Made by a program: the position numbers and the translations under genes
Source of the DNA: Arcobacteraceae bacterium
GTDB lineage: Bacteria; Campylobacterota; Campylobacteria; Campylobacterales; Arcobacteraceae
Length of the DNA stretch: 64,000 nt
Assembly: GCA_965224485.1 (NCBI GenBank)
Contig: CBDCZH010000016.1
Span: 128,001 to 192,000 of the forward strand
Reading direction: 5' to 3'
The notes under the pieces: model-generated
The model's database searches: none
What the model was told of the DNA's origin: nothing
The model's input: only the letters and a program-made list of their open reading frames with translations
Part shown: piece after piece, positions 9,552-17,865 of the stretch
Position numbering within the stretch: the stretch's first letter is position 1
How the letters are laid out: each line of letters starts with the position of its first letter

Positions 9552-11384
9552 ATGCTCCATATTGAAAAGGAATTAATATCTTATAAGGTAAAAGATATTT
9601 TAGAGATAAATAATTTATCGTTAGATTCTTCATATAAAGTGATAATTGAAGAAATTCTTTTATCTTATTCATTAAAAGAAAAGATAAGTGAAAAGAACCT
9701 AAAAAACATTAGAACTAATAAAAGTTTCCAACTTTATTTATTAGATTTAGTACAAAAGAAAATGAAAAATATAATTACTGATAGCTCATGTATACAATTT
9801 AGTGAAATGTTAAATATTATAAATTTGCTTTCTTACGGAAAAAAATACAAAATATTTACAAAATATAATCAATTTTCAAAAGATGGTACTAAAGAGATTC
9901 TAAAAGAGTATGAAACTTTACTGGAAAATACTTTTTCTCAAGATCAAATATGTTTCAATATTTACTTTTCTTTTTATACAAATATTTTGGATAGTTTTAT
10001 TCAAGTCTGTATTATAAACTCTATTGATATAAAGTATAAAAAGAATATTGCTTTTATTGTAGAATTATTACAAACAAGTATCAATACAATTAAAACAAAT
10101 ATAGAACTTCCTCAACACTATTTAGATATTTTAAATAAAACTTTTGCCAAATCTTTATTGTTTTTTTCAAATACAAACTATGTTGATACAAATGAGTATA
10201 CAGTTGATACCTTAATTTATTTTTTTGAGCAAACCTTAAAAAAACATATAGATGCTTATTCTATATTCCAGTCAAATAAAGAAGATTTAATTCATTACAA
10301 AACTTTCTTATTAACAACAACAAAACTTCTACTTTTCATGTTAAAGAAATTAGATAGCTATAAAGAAAACTATTTTTATAAACTAAATATTATCTCGAAG
10401 TTATACAATAAACATTTTTTGCAAGAAGAGCGTATATATAAGGGAAGTGAAAACTTTAAACATAATTTATTAGAAAAATTTGTTTTTATTTATGATGAAA
10501 AATTAAATATTTCATATAAACAATTATTAAATATAATTTTAGAAAAAAATAAATTAAGCCATAATGATATTATTCTTATTCATGATTTTGTTTTATTTGA
10601 TAAAAGTTTAGATAAAAATGAATTAAGTAGAATATTAAAAACTATCATCAATTTTAAACAAGAAAAAAATGATTATTATGAAAACTATAGATTAAAAATA
10701 ATTGATATAACAGTAAATAGATTTATAGAATTACAAGTTTTCCAAGAAAAGAATGAAGATGTTAATTTACTTATAACTTATTTAAACAAGATTGAACAAT
10801 CATCTCATTTATTAGCTTCTTATTCTAAAATTCATTTAACAATATCATTATATTATTCACATCAAAATCATGAGTATTTAGTACTGTCTAAAAAGCATTA
10901 TTATATTTCTAAAAAAATGTATTCATTTGATTCTTTTTTAAATGAATATTCTGATATTTTTGAAAATATTTTATTTAATAATGCAAGTGCTTATTTAGAA
11001 AACAACTTTATTAATCATAATATATTAAAAAAAGATTTATATAATTTTGGAAATAATCTAATGCAAGAATTTGCAATAAATGAGAATACTTTTCTAAATA
11101 ATCAAATTAGAAATAAAATATTAGATATTATTCAAAATATACTAAATAAAAGTACTTACACAAAACTAGATGCAAAAAACGATTTAAGTCTATTACTTTC
11201 TAAAAAAATTTTCTTTTCATTATGTGAATGTACAATTATAAAATCAGTTCAAATACAAAAGAATTCTAGTCAAGAAATATATAATATTCTTATACAAGAA
11301 TTAAACTCCACATATTCTATAGTTTATAAATATTCAAATTTTTATGAATATAATTTCAAAAAAATATATGAAGAAAAGAAATGA
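9552..11384 (+). CDS. Hypothetical protein (large, very AT-rich; C-terminus possibly frameshifted)
   Basis: 610-aa ORF with no recognisable motif; coding-like sequence continues in another frame past the stop. Confidence 0.6.
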   Translation: MLHIEKELISYKVKDILEINNLSLDSSYKVIIEEILLSYSLKEKISEKNLKNIRTNKSFQLYLLDLVQKKMKNIITDSSCIQFSEMLNIINLLSYGKKYKIFTKYNQFSKDGTKEILKEYETLLENTFSQDQICFNIYFSFYTNILDSFIQVCIINSIDIKYKKNIAFIVELLQTSINTIKTNIELPQHYLDILNKTFAKSLLFFSNTNYVDTNEYTVDTLIYFFEQTLKKHIDAYSIFQSNKEDLIHYKTFLLTTTKLLLFMLKKLDSYKENYFYKLNIISKLYNKHFLQEERIYKGSENFKHNLLEKFVFIYDEKLNISYKQLLNIILEKNKLSHNDIILIHDFVLFDKSLDKNELSRILKTIINFKQEKNDYYENYRLKIIDITVNRFIELQVFQEKNEDVNLLITYLNKIEQSSHLLASYSKIHLTISLYYSHQNHEYLVLSKKHYYISKKMYSFDSFLNEYSDIFENILFNNASAYLENNFINHNILKKDLYNFGNNLMQEFAINENTFLNNQIRNKILDIIQNILNKSTYTKLDAKNDLSLLLSKKIFFSLCECTIIKSVQIQKNSSQEIYNILIQELNSTYSIVYKYSNFYEYNFKKIYEEKK

Positions 11385-11614
11385 ATTCATAAAAGAACTA
11401 GTAAAAACCCCTATTCTTTTATTTTAAAAACTTGAAAATATACTTAAACTAAGGTGGAAAGTTTCACCTTAATTTATATACTACTTTTACTTATTCAAGT
11501 ATACATACTAAGCTTTGAATGAAGTAAAAATAAAAGCTAAAGTAAATCTTTTTATTGTCTTTTTTTTAAGACATATTTGTTATAATATTTGCTATTTAAA
11601 GACTAAGGAATGTT

Positions 11615-12462
11615 ATGAATTTATCACTTAAATTTTTTACTATTGTATCAGTTTTGTTCTTTTCACTTATGCTAAATGCTTCTGAAAAAAACAGCGATGG
11701 ATTAAAGACAATTATTGGAGAAGACCTTTAGTTGAGAGATATATTTTAGATGAATTAAAAGATTTACGTATTTCTAATATGAAACTAAGAATTGAAGTTG
11801 AAGAGAGAATAGCTAAGAATGTAGTTCAGCAAACAGATCGTGCCGCTAGATATATGACAGATACGATTGGAAATATTTTTTACCTAATTGCAGCTGCAAC
11901 ATCTATACTTATTTTTGCAGGTTGGAATTCTTTAAGAGATATTAGAAAAAAAACAGAAACTATAGTTGAAGAAAGAGTAAACCAAATTACAAAAAAATAT
12001 AATCTTCAAATGCAAACAATTCAAGAAGAAATGACCTTACAATCTGAAAAGATTATTGATAACCAGAATAAAATATATAATACTCAATATATACATTCAC
12101 TTTGGATGCGTTCAAATCTTGAAACAAATCCACAATCAAAAATTGATATATATGATGAAATTATAACTATGAACCCAAATGATGCAGAAGTTTATGCCTA
12201 TAAAGCAGATGCTGTTTTAGATATGGATGAATACGAATGGGCACTTAACCTTAGTAATAAAGCAATAGAAATTGACCCAGAATATGGATATGCTTATTGG
12301 CAAAGATCATGCGCAAATGCAGTATTACACAATAAACATGAAGCAATTGCTGATTTAATAACAGCAATTGAACAAGCACCTAATTTAAAAGATGAAATAC
12401 AAAGCGAAGAATTATTTGAAAACTTAAAAGGAATGAGTGAATTCAAAGAATTATTAACTTAA
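11615..12462 (+). CDS. TPR repeat membrane protein; frameshift near the 5' end
   Basis: RBS plus ATG at 11615 with a signal-like peptide in one frame; PLVERYILDELKDLR and the TPR ORF 11779..12462 in another frame. Confidence 0.75.
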
Positions 12463-12556
12463 AATAGGTATTTTAAGTAAAGAGGTGTGGATTACTCTTT
12501 ACCTTACAAAAACTAAGTGATTATAAAAATATATAAAATTCTTGAAAGGATAAAGT

Positions 12557-12871
12557 ATGAATAATCAAATTTTAAAAAAACTAAAACAATTAAAACCAAA
12601 GATTAAAAGTGAAGGTTTTGAACTTATAGGAGTTTTTGGTTCTTTTGCAAGAAATGAAGAAAAAGCTACAAGTGATATAGATATACTTTATCAAATAAAT
12701 GATACTAAAGAGTATTTAAAAAAATACTCAGGTTGGAATAGCATTACACATATTCTAGAAATTAAAGATTTTTTAAAAAAAGAACTAAATAGAGATATTG
12801 ATTTTGTTGATAACTCTTCTTTAGATTCAATTGCAAATAAGTATATTCAAAAAGATTTAATATATGTCTAA
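12557..12871 (+). CDS. MNT/MntA-type minimal nucleotidyltransferase antitoxin
   Basis: GVFGSFARNE...SDIDIL motif; ends in IQKDLIYV. Confidence 0.88.
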   Translation: MNNQILKKLKQLKPKIKSEGFELIGVFGSFARNEEKATSDIDILYQINDTKEYLKKYSGWNSITHILEIKDFLKKELNRDIDFVDNSSLDSIANKYIQKDLIYV

Positions 12872-12968
12872 AGCTAGAATAGAGACTATTTTAAAATATA
12901 TAGACGATATAGAGTATATTGTTCCTAACTATGATGGTGTTCTAAATACTTTAAGGGTATTAACTTAG
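12864..12968 (+). pseudogene. Truncated HEPN/HepT (DUF86-like) toxin
   Basis: Overlaps the mnt stop; MSKARIETILKYIDDIEYIV... stops after 34 aa with no Rx4H motif. Confidence 0.55.
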
Positions 12969-12969
12969 C

Positions 12970-13118
12970 TTTGATTGAAAACATTGTTAGAAATTTACTT
13001 AAACCTCTTAGCTTAGAACTAGCAAAAGAACTTACAGAAATTGATATTAAAAATGGTGATTATTCTACTCAATCAGCTAAAGAACATATTGAGACTTTAA
13101 AAAAAGATTTATTTTAAT
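12970..13118 (+). pseudogene. Antitoxin C-terminal remnant
   Basis: ...LELAKELTEIDIKNGDYSTQSAKEHIETLKKDLF* resembles the C-terminus of the 13858 antitoxin (QDIKDKKFKTQTAKEHLEEL). Confidence 0.5.
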
Positions 13119-13447
13119 TAACTAATTTGTTCTTTTAGAATTTTAATTAAGACTTCTTCTTTTATATTTGGTATTTTGGTTTTTGAGTATATTTTTAATA
13201 AGTATACATTCTCATTTTTATCTAGGTAATAATAAATAACTCTAAACCCTCCACTTTTACCAATTTTAGAAGATGAGTTTTCTAATCTAATTTTAAATAA
13301 GTTATTTGATAATACAATTCCAGCTTTTGGATTAACATTTAATATATCATTTAATGATATTAAATCACTTAGTAATTTCTTATTCTTCTTATATAGTTGT
13401 TTTACATCTTTTTTAAAAGAGTCTAAACTAATTATTTTCAAGTTCAT
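13118..13447 (-). CDS. RelE/ParE superfamily toxin
   Basis: FKKDVKQLYKK, KIRL...GKSGGFRVIYY, LLKIYSK. Confidence 0.88.
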   Translation of the reverse strand: MNLKIISLDSFKKDVKQLYKKNKKLLSDLISLNDILNVNPKAGIVLSNNLFKIRLENSSSKIGKSGGFRVIYYYLDKNENVYLLKIYSKTKIPNIKEEVLIKILKEQIS

Positions 13448-13697
13448 TGATTAAATCTTCTAAAGTATCTTTCTTATCTTTATTTGAAATTGTGTCATTT
13501 AGCTCTTTTACTGAGTCTTCAAACTCACAATAAAAAATATTTTCTTTTTGAACTTCAACATAAGATTTTATAGCCTCAATAATTACTTCACTTCTATTAA
13601 CAGAAAAACTCTTAGTAAATTCATCTATTTCATCAAGTAAGTATTTAGGTACTCGTAATCCAACTTGTTGTTTTTCCAAAGATAATAAGTTATTCAT
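13428..13697 (-). CDS. Ribbon-helix-helix (CopG-like) antitoxin
   Basis: QVGLRVPKYLLDEID...NRSEVIIEAI; overlaps the toxin start. Confidence 0.8.
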   Translation of the reverse strand: MNNLLSLEKQQVGLRVPKYLLDEIDEFTKSFSVNRSEVIIEAIKSYVEVQKENIFYCEFEDSVKELNDTISNKDKKDTLEDLINELENN

Positions 13698-13798
13698 ATT
13701 TATCCTTTTGTTTTACTATATTATATATAATAGTTTTACATTTGTCAAATATATTCTTATTTTAGTAAAGAAGTATAATTATAAAGCAAGTTTTTAAA

Positions 13799-13858
13799 TT
13801 GACATATTGAATAATACTTGTTATAATACTATTAAAAGTACTATTAAGGATACTATTA
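13799..13858 (+). promoter_or_regulatory. Consensus sigma70 promoter with three TACTATTA operator-like repeats
   Basis: TTGACA(13799)-17 bp-TATAAT(13822); TACTATTA at 13827, 13839 and 13851. Confidence 0.7.
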
Positions 13859-14112
13859 TGGTTATTTCTGCAAATGAAGTTAAAACAAAAGGTGTTTCTT
13901 TATTTTCACAACTCTTAGAAAAGTTTGAAGAACTAACTATAAATGTTAGAGGAAAAAATAAATTTGTAGTTATTGATATTCAAAGATATAAAGAACTAAG
14001 AGAAAATGAACTTAATTTAGCTTATATAAAAACAATGCAAGATATAAAAGATAAAAAATTTAAAACACAAACAGCCAAAGAACATCTTGAAGAATTAAGA
14101 AATGAAGTATAA
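13858..14112 (+). CDS. Phd/YefM-like antitoxin
   Basis: MVISANEVKTKG...INVRGKNKFVVID; AAGGA RBS before ATG at 13858. Confidence 0.8.
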   Translation: MVISANEVKTKGVSLFSQLLEKFEELTINVRGKNKFVVIDIQRYKELRENELNLAYIKTMQDIKDKKFKTQTAKEHLEELRNEV

Positions 14113-14377
14113 ATTAATAATCACTCAAGAGTATTTCAAAAAACTAAAAAAGTTTTGTAAAAAACATCCTGATGTATTAAATAGATATGAAAAAGCTATC
14201 ACAATTCTAGAAGTAGACCCCTTCCATCCAAGCCTAAGAATTCATAAATTAAAAGGTGAATTATCAAACTTCCACTCTATCTCAATTACCATGGAATACA
14301 GGGTAATAATTGATTTTATAATAAAAGATAATGAAATCATTCCTATTAGTATAGGTACACATGATGATGTTTACTAA
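14102..14377 (+). CDS. RelE/YafQ-like mRNA interferase toxin
   Basis: DPFHPSLRIHKLKG...SISIT..YR...IGTHDDVY. Confidence 0.88.
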   Translation: MKYKLIITQEYFKKLKKFCKKHPDVLNRYEKAITILEVDPFHPSLRIHKLKGELSNFHSISITMEYRVIIDFIIKDNEIIPISIGTHDDVY

Positions 14378-14384
14378 AGCCTTA

Positions 14385-15473
14385 TTACTTCCATTTATAT
14401 CTATCTCTTAGCTTAGATAGTTCATAATTATTGTATTTAATACTTCCGTTATGCATTAAACGACCAACTATAATTGAAGGCTTTATATCTAACTCTTTTG
14501 CAAAAGTAATTACATTAATTCTTGAAAAATCTTTAGCTAATAAAAACTTTTTAAAATCTTTACTACTAATTAATATTTCGCTGGCGAACTTATCAGCCTC
14601 ATCTTCTTGCTTTTGCAATTTCGGATCATTGTATCCATCTTCTAAAAAAACTTCTCTTTTTGGATGAAGTAAAATATGACCTAATTCATGAAAAAAACTA
14701 AACCAAAAAACATCACTAAAACTACCTCTTAAAGTCATAGCAATTACAGCTTTTTGATTGTCTAACCAAAATGTTGCACCATGCACTTTTGTATTTTTAA
14801 AGTGAGGTAGTAATACTAATGAAATGCCACAACTATTTAATACTTTTTGAATTTCTTCAATAGATTTATTAATATCCTCTAAATTAATTAATGATTTTAT
14901 CTCTATTAACTTCTCTTTTAATTTTTTCTTATCAAAAATTTTAGTCTCTATTTCTTTTGCTTTTATTCTTGCTACTTGTATCCAAGTAGCAATAGATTCA
15001 TTTGAAATATTATCTTTACTTGCAACTCTAAAAGCTACTTCATAAGCCTTTACTTGTGGAATTTGAGCTAATTTGGCAACGCTAAAGAATCTTTTTAATT
15101 CGTCAACCTTTTCAACTGCTTTTTTGGTATATTCAACAAATCCTAAATTTACTAAATCTGTATACGGAAAATTTTTAACAAATTTACTTTCTTCTTCCAT
15201 AAGTTTTAATTCTTCTTCTCTTGCAATAACTACTTGATATTCACTCTCTAATCCAATCCATATATTAGAAGGAATACCTAATACATCTTCAAGCTCAAGA
15301 GCTGTAGTTGAAGTTATACTTTTTTTACCTTTTATTATCTCATTAATAGCTTGGAAAGGTCTTCCAAGTCTATTAGCAAGTTCAGATTGAGACATTCCTA
15401 TATCTTCTAAAGTTTCTTCTAAAAACTCTCCTACATGTATGGCTAAATCTGAATTATATTTATTAGTCATCAT
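14385..15473 (-). CDS. higA: HigA antitoxin (XRE HTH) fused to an ImmA/IrrE-type metallopeptidase
   Basis: HVGEFL...MSQSELA..LG...INEIIKGK HTH; FWFSFFHELGHILLH (HExxH) and EDEADKFA. Confidence 0.88.
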   Translation of the reverse strand: MMTNKYNSDLAIHVGEFLEETLEDIGMSQSELANRLGRPFQAINEIIKGKKSITSTTALELEDVLGIPSNIWIGLESEYQVVIAREEELKLMEEESKFVKNFPYTDLVNLGFVEYTKKAVEKVDELKRFFSVAKLAQIPQVKAYEVAFRVASKDNISNESIATWIQVARIKAKEIETKIFDKKKLKEKLIEIKSLINLEDINKSIEEIQKVLNSCGISLVLLPHFKNTKVHGATFWLDNQKAVIAMTLRGSFSDVFWFSFFHELGHILLHPKREVFLEDGYNDPKLQKQEDEADKFASEILISSKDFKKFLLAKDFSRINVITFAKELDIKPSIIVGRLMHNGSIKYNNYELSKLRDRYKWK

Positions 15474-15765
15474 AATGTTTACTCACTTCCTCTATCTTTG
15501 CGATATCAAAACTATCCCCATCATTGGTGATAATAAGTCTGTAAAACCCAGTAAGGGATATTGCAAACTCACCTTCTCTTTTTCCAGTTAGTGGATGAAA
15601 TTTTAATATTGGAATTTGAAACAAGTCATCAAAAGATTTTGCACTCTTTAATATATTTACTCTTTGGATATATTTCTTTGCAACTGGCATTCCATAAACT
15701 TTTACAGCATCTTTTGAATTTTCATATTGCTTTTGTAATTTCTTTGTTTTAAATTTTATTTCCAA
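15463..15765 (-). CDS. higB: HigB (plasmid maintenance killer) toxin
   Basis: MEIKFKTKKL, FHPLTGKREGEFAISLTGFYRLI, IEEVSKHY; lies upstream of higA. Confidence 0.88.
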   Translation of the reverse strand: MEIKFKTKKLQKQYENSKDAVKVYGMPVAKKYIQRVNILKSAKSFDDLFQIPILKFHPLTGKREGEFAISLTGFYRLIITNDGDSFDIAKIEEVSKHYDD

Positions 15766-15779
15766 AATCTTTCCTAACT

Positions 15780-15796
15780 TTCACCCTAAGGGTGAA
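15780..15796. promoter_or_regulatory. Palindromic operator upstream of higBA
   Basis: TTCACCCT-A-AGGGTGAA, a GC-rich palindrome 15 bp upstream of the higB start. Confidence 0.6.
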
Positions 15797-15844
15797 TAAT
15801 ACATTATTTTAACTTACATTATTATTAAAATAATACTTTATTCA

Positions 15845-15962
15845 TTATCCTAATATTTCTTTTGATGATGCACAAAAGAAAGTACAAAATGCAGTTAACA
15901 ATATCTCAAAAAACAAAGGTCTTTCAGAAGAAGAAGTATTTAACAAAATACTAAATCAATGA
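15845..15962 (+). pseudogene. Antitoxin C-terminal remnant
   Basis: YPNISFDDAQKKVQNAVNNISKNKGLSEEEVFNKILNQ* with no start codon; ATGA overlap with the next toxin. Confidence 0.5.
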
Positions 15963-16239
15963 AATATAAAATCATTATTGAACCAAGTGCAATTAATGAT
16001 TTAAATTCAATTTACACTTTTATAGAAACAAATGATTCCAAAACAAAAGCTAAAAACTTTCTTTCAAAACTACAAAACAAATCAAAACACTAAATCAAAT
16101 GCCACAAAGATACAGAGATTCCTATTATTTAAAAGATGGAAAAACAAAAGATCTAATTTACAAAGGTTATACTATTTGTTATCATATAAACAACAATAGT
16201 GTACATATTCTTACAGTATTTAGACAAAAAAATTATTAG
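15959..16239 (+). pseudogene. ParE-type toxin, frameshifted
   Basis: MKYKIIIEPSAINDLNSIYTFIE...A..F [frameshift near 16080] IKTLNQMPQRYR...YKGYTICY...VHILTVFRQKNY*. Confidence 0.7.
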
Positions 16240-16329
16240 TGAATAATTCATTTTCATCTATATAATAGTAAATTATTTTAGTGCGCATATAACAAAAAGT
16301 GGAGATTCAACCCCTGGGGTGTAATTTGG

Positions 16330-16545
16330 AAACACCCTGATATGTTAAATAGATATGAAAAAGCTATCACTATTTTACAACTAGACCCATTCCACCCAAG
16401 CCTTAGAATTCATAAACTAAAAGGCAAATTATCAAACTTCCACTCAATCTCAATTACTATGGAGTATAGAGTAATGATTGATTTTATAATAAAAGATAAT
16501 GAAATCATTCCTATTAGTATAGGGACACATGATGATGTTTATTAA
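16330..16545 (+). pseudogene. 5'-truncated copy of the 14102..14377 toxin gene
   Basis: Near-identical protein (RYEKAITIL..DPFHPSLRIHKLKG...IGTHDDVY) lacking about 20 N-terminal residues. Confidence 0.8.
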
Positions 16546-16627
16546 GTTATCTGTCACCACTTTTGAAGGTTTCTAAATTTGGTTATTAACTTTGAGGATA
16601 TAGAAGAGAAGAAAACAGTTGACACTA

Positions 16628-17610
16628 TTATTTCTCGTCATTCTTATTTATTTTTATTTGATCAAACTTTTTATATATTTGTAACCCCTGTTCTTTATTA
16701 ATAAACTTTATATATTCTATTTTACTTTTTAATACTTGATGAAAATCATTTGTATCTTTTATATTTTTTTAAAAATCTTATTATATTTTTCAACCGCTGC
16801 CTTTTTATTATATTTAATCCATAGATAAATAATAAATGATAGGTTATCTCTTTCTTTCTTTGAAATACTCATTTTATTATTATTCACAACAATTCCAGTT
16901 ACATCTTGCTTTTTATTAGAAGATAATATCTTTGTTTTTTCATAGTTAGGAAGAAAACCTTCATCGTATATTATTTGATATATAAAATTAATAAATTTTG
17001 ATACATTAATTGATTCATTCATAGAAAATGTCATATCATCTGAATATCTTGTATAAGAAATATAAATTTTAGAATTTTCATATGCTTTTATATAACCTTC
17101 TATTCTTAAATCTAATTTTCGTGAAATAATATTAGATAAAAAAGGGCTAGAAGGAGTCCCTAAAATCAAAGAATTTTCATAAGTTAGTATTCTTGAAAAT
17201 AGGTATGCTCTTTTATTGTCAATATTCATTCTAACTAACTCTTTGTATACTCTTCTTTTATCAATTGTTGTAAAAAAAGATTTTATATCCATTTTTATTA
17301 TTAACTTCTTATTCAAATGAACTTTTGCATTATCTTTTGTAGAATAGTTTTTTCTATAAGAAGTCAAATTATTAGATAATCTTATATTATCTGACATTAA
17401 GTAATTATGTAAAATAAACTTTTGAATTAAATATAAATTCTTTGTTGGTTGAAAAACAATTCTTTTTTTATTTTTTGTTTGGATTTCTAATTTTTTATAA
17501 AATTTTTTTGTATTTGATAGAATATCTAAAAAAATCGAAATTAGTTATTTTCTCTAAGTTATACTCATCTTTAAATTTTACTTTATAATGACTTTTCTTC
17601 AAAAAAGTAT
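16628..17610 (-). CDS. Retron reverse transcriptase (two apparent homopolymer frameshifts; start uncertain)
   Basis: Core ORF 16759..17397: NAKVH (NAxxH), MDIKSFF, GTPSSPFLSN, YTRYSDD, QDVTGIVVN. In frame upstream: FYKKLEIQTKNKKRIVFQP...IQKFI. Shifted-frame tail: FHQVLKSKIEYIKFINKEQG...* ending at 16628. Confidence 0.88.
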
Positions 17611-17649
17611 TTATATCAAGTATAATTTCATCAATTATAGCAGTGTAGT

Positions 17650-17865
17650 TATATAGGTAAGTATTGCAAAAACTATTCATTACTAAAACCTTGTTTTGTA
17701 AAATTAAAAGAGAAATAATTTTATTTACTCTTCTGGAAATCATAAGCAAAAAGAAAAGAAAAAGAGTAAATAAAATTATTTCTCTTTTAATGTTACATAT
17801 AATTATACAATTGGTGTGCATAACATTTATACACTGTCCTAAGACGGCCAATACTTACCTTTATA
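17650..17865 (-). ncRNA. Retron msr-msd ncRNA
   Basis: 12-bp perfect inverted repeat 17655-17666/17849-17860, with G immediately inside both arms on the minus strand; stem-loops at 17836-17845 and 17816-17834; 36-bp stem 17697-17732/17762-17797 with one mismatch; directly upstream of the RT. Confidence 0.85.

Noticed and set aside
16280..16330. ATATAAC...ACCCCTGGGGT segment as an integron attC site
   Set aside because: No matching GTTRRRY end or extended pairing was found and there is no integrase in the window; it may be a junction scar.
16759..17397. RT as a group II intron, DGR or CRISPR-associated RT
   Set aside because: NAxxH and VTG motifs plus the adjacent a1/a2 structure indicate a retron. 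No maturase domain, TR/VR pair or cas1 is seen.
17697..17797. 36-bp inverted repeat as a terminator or IS/MITE ends
   Set aside because: The stem is AT-rich with a 29-nt loop, is nested inside a1/a2, and has no target duplication or transposase.
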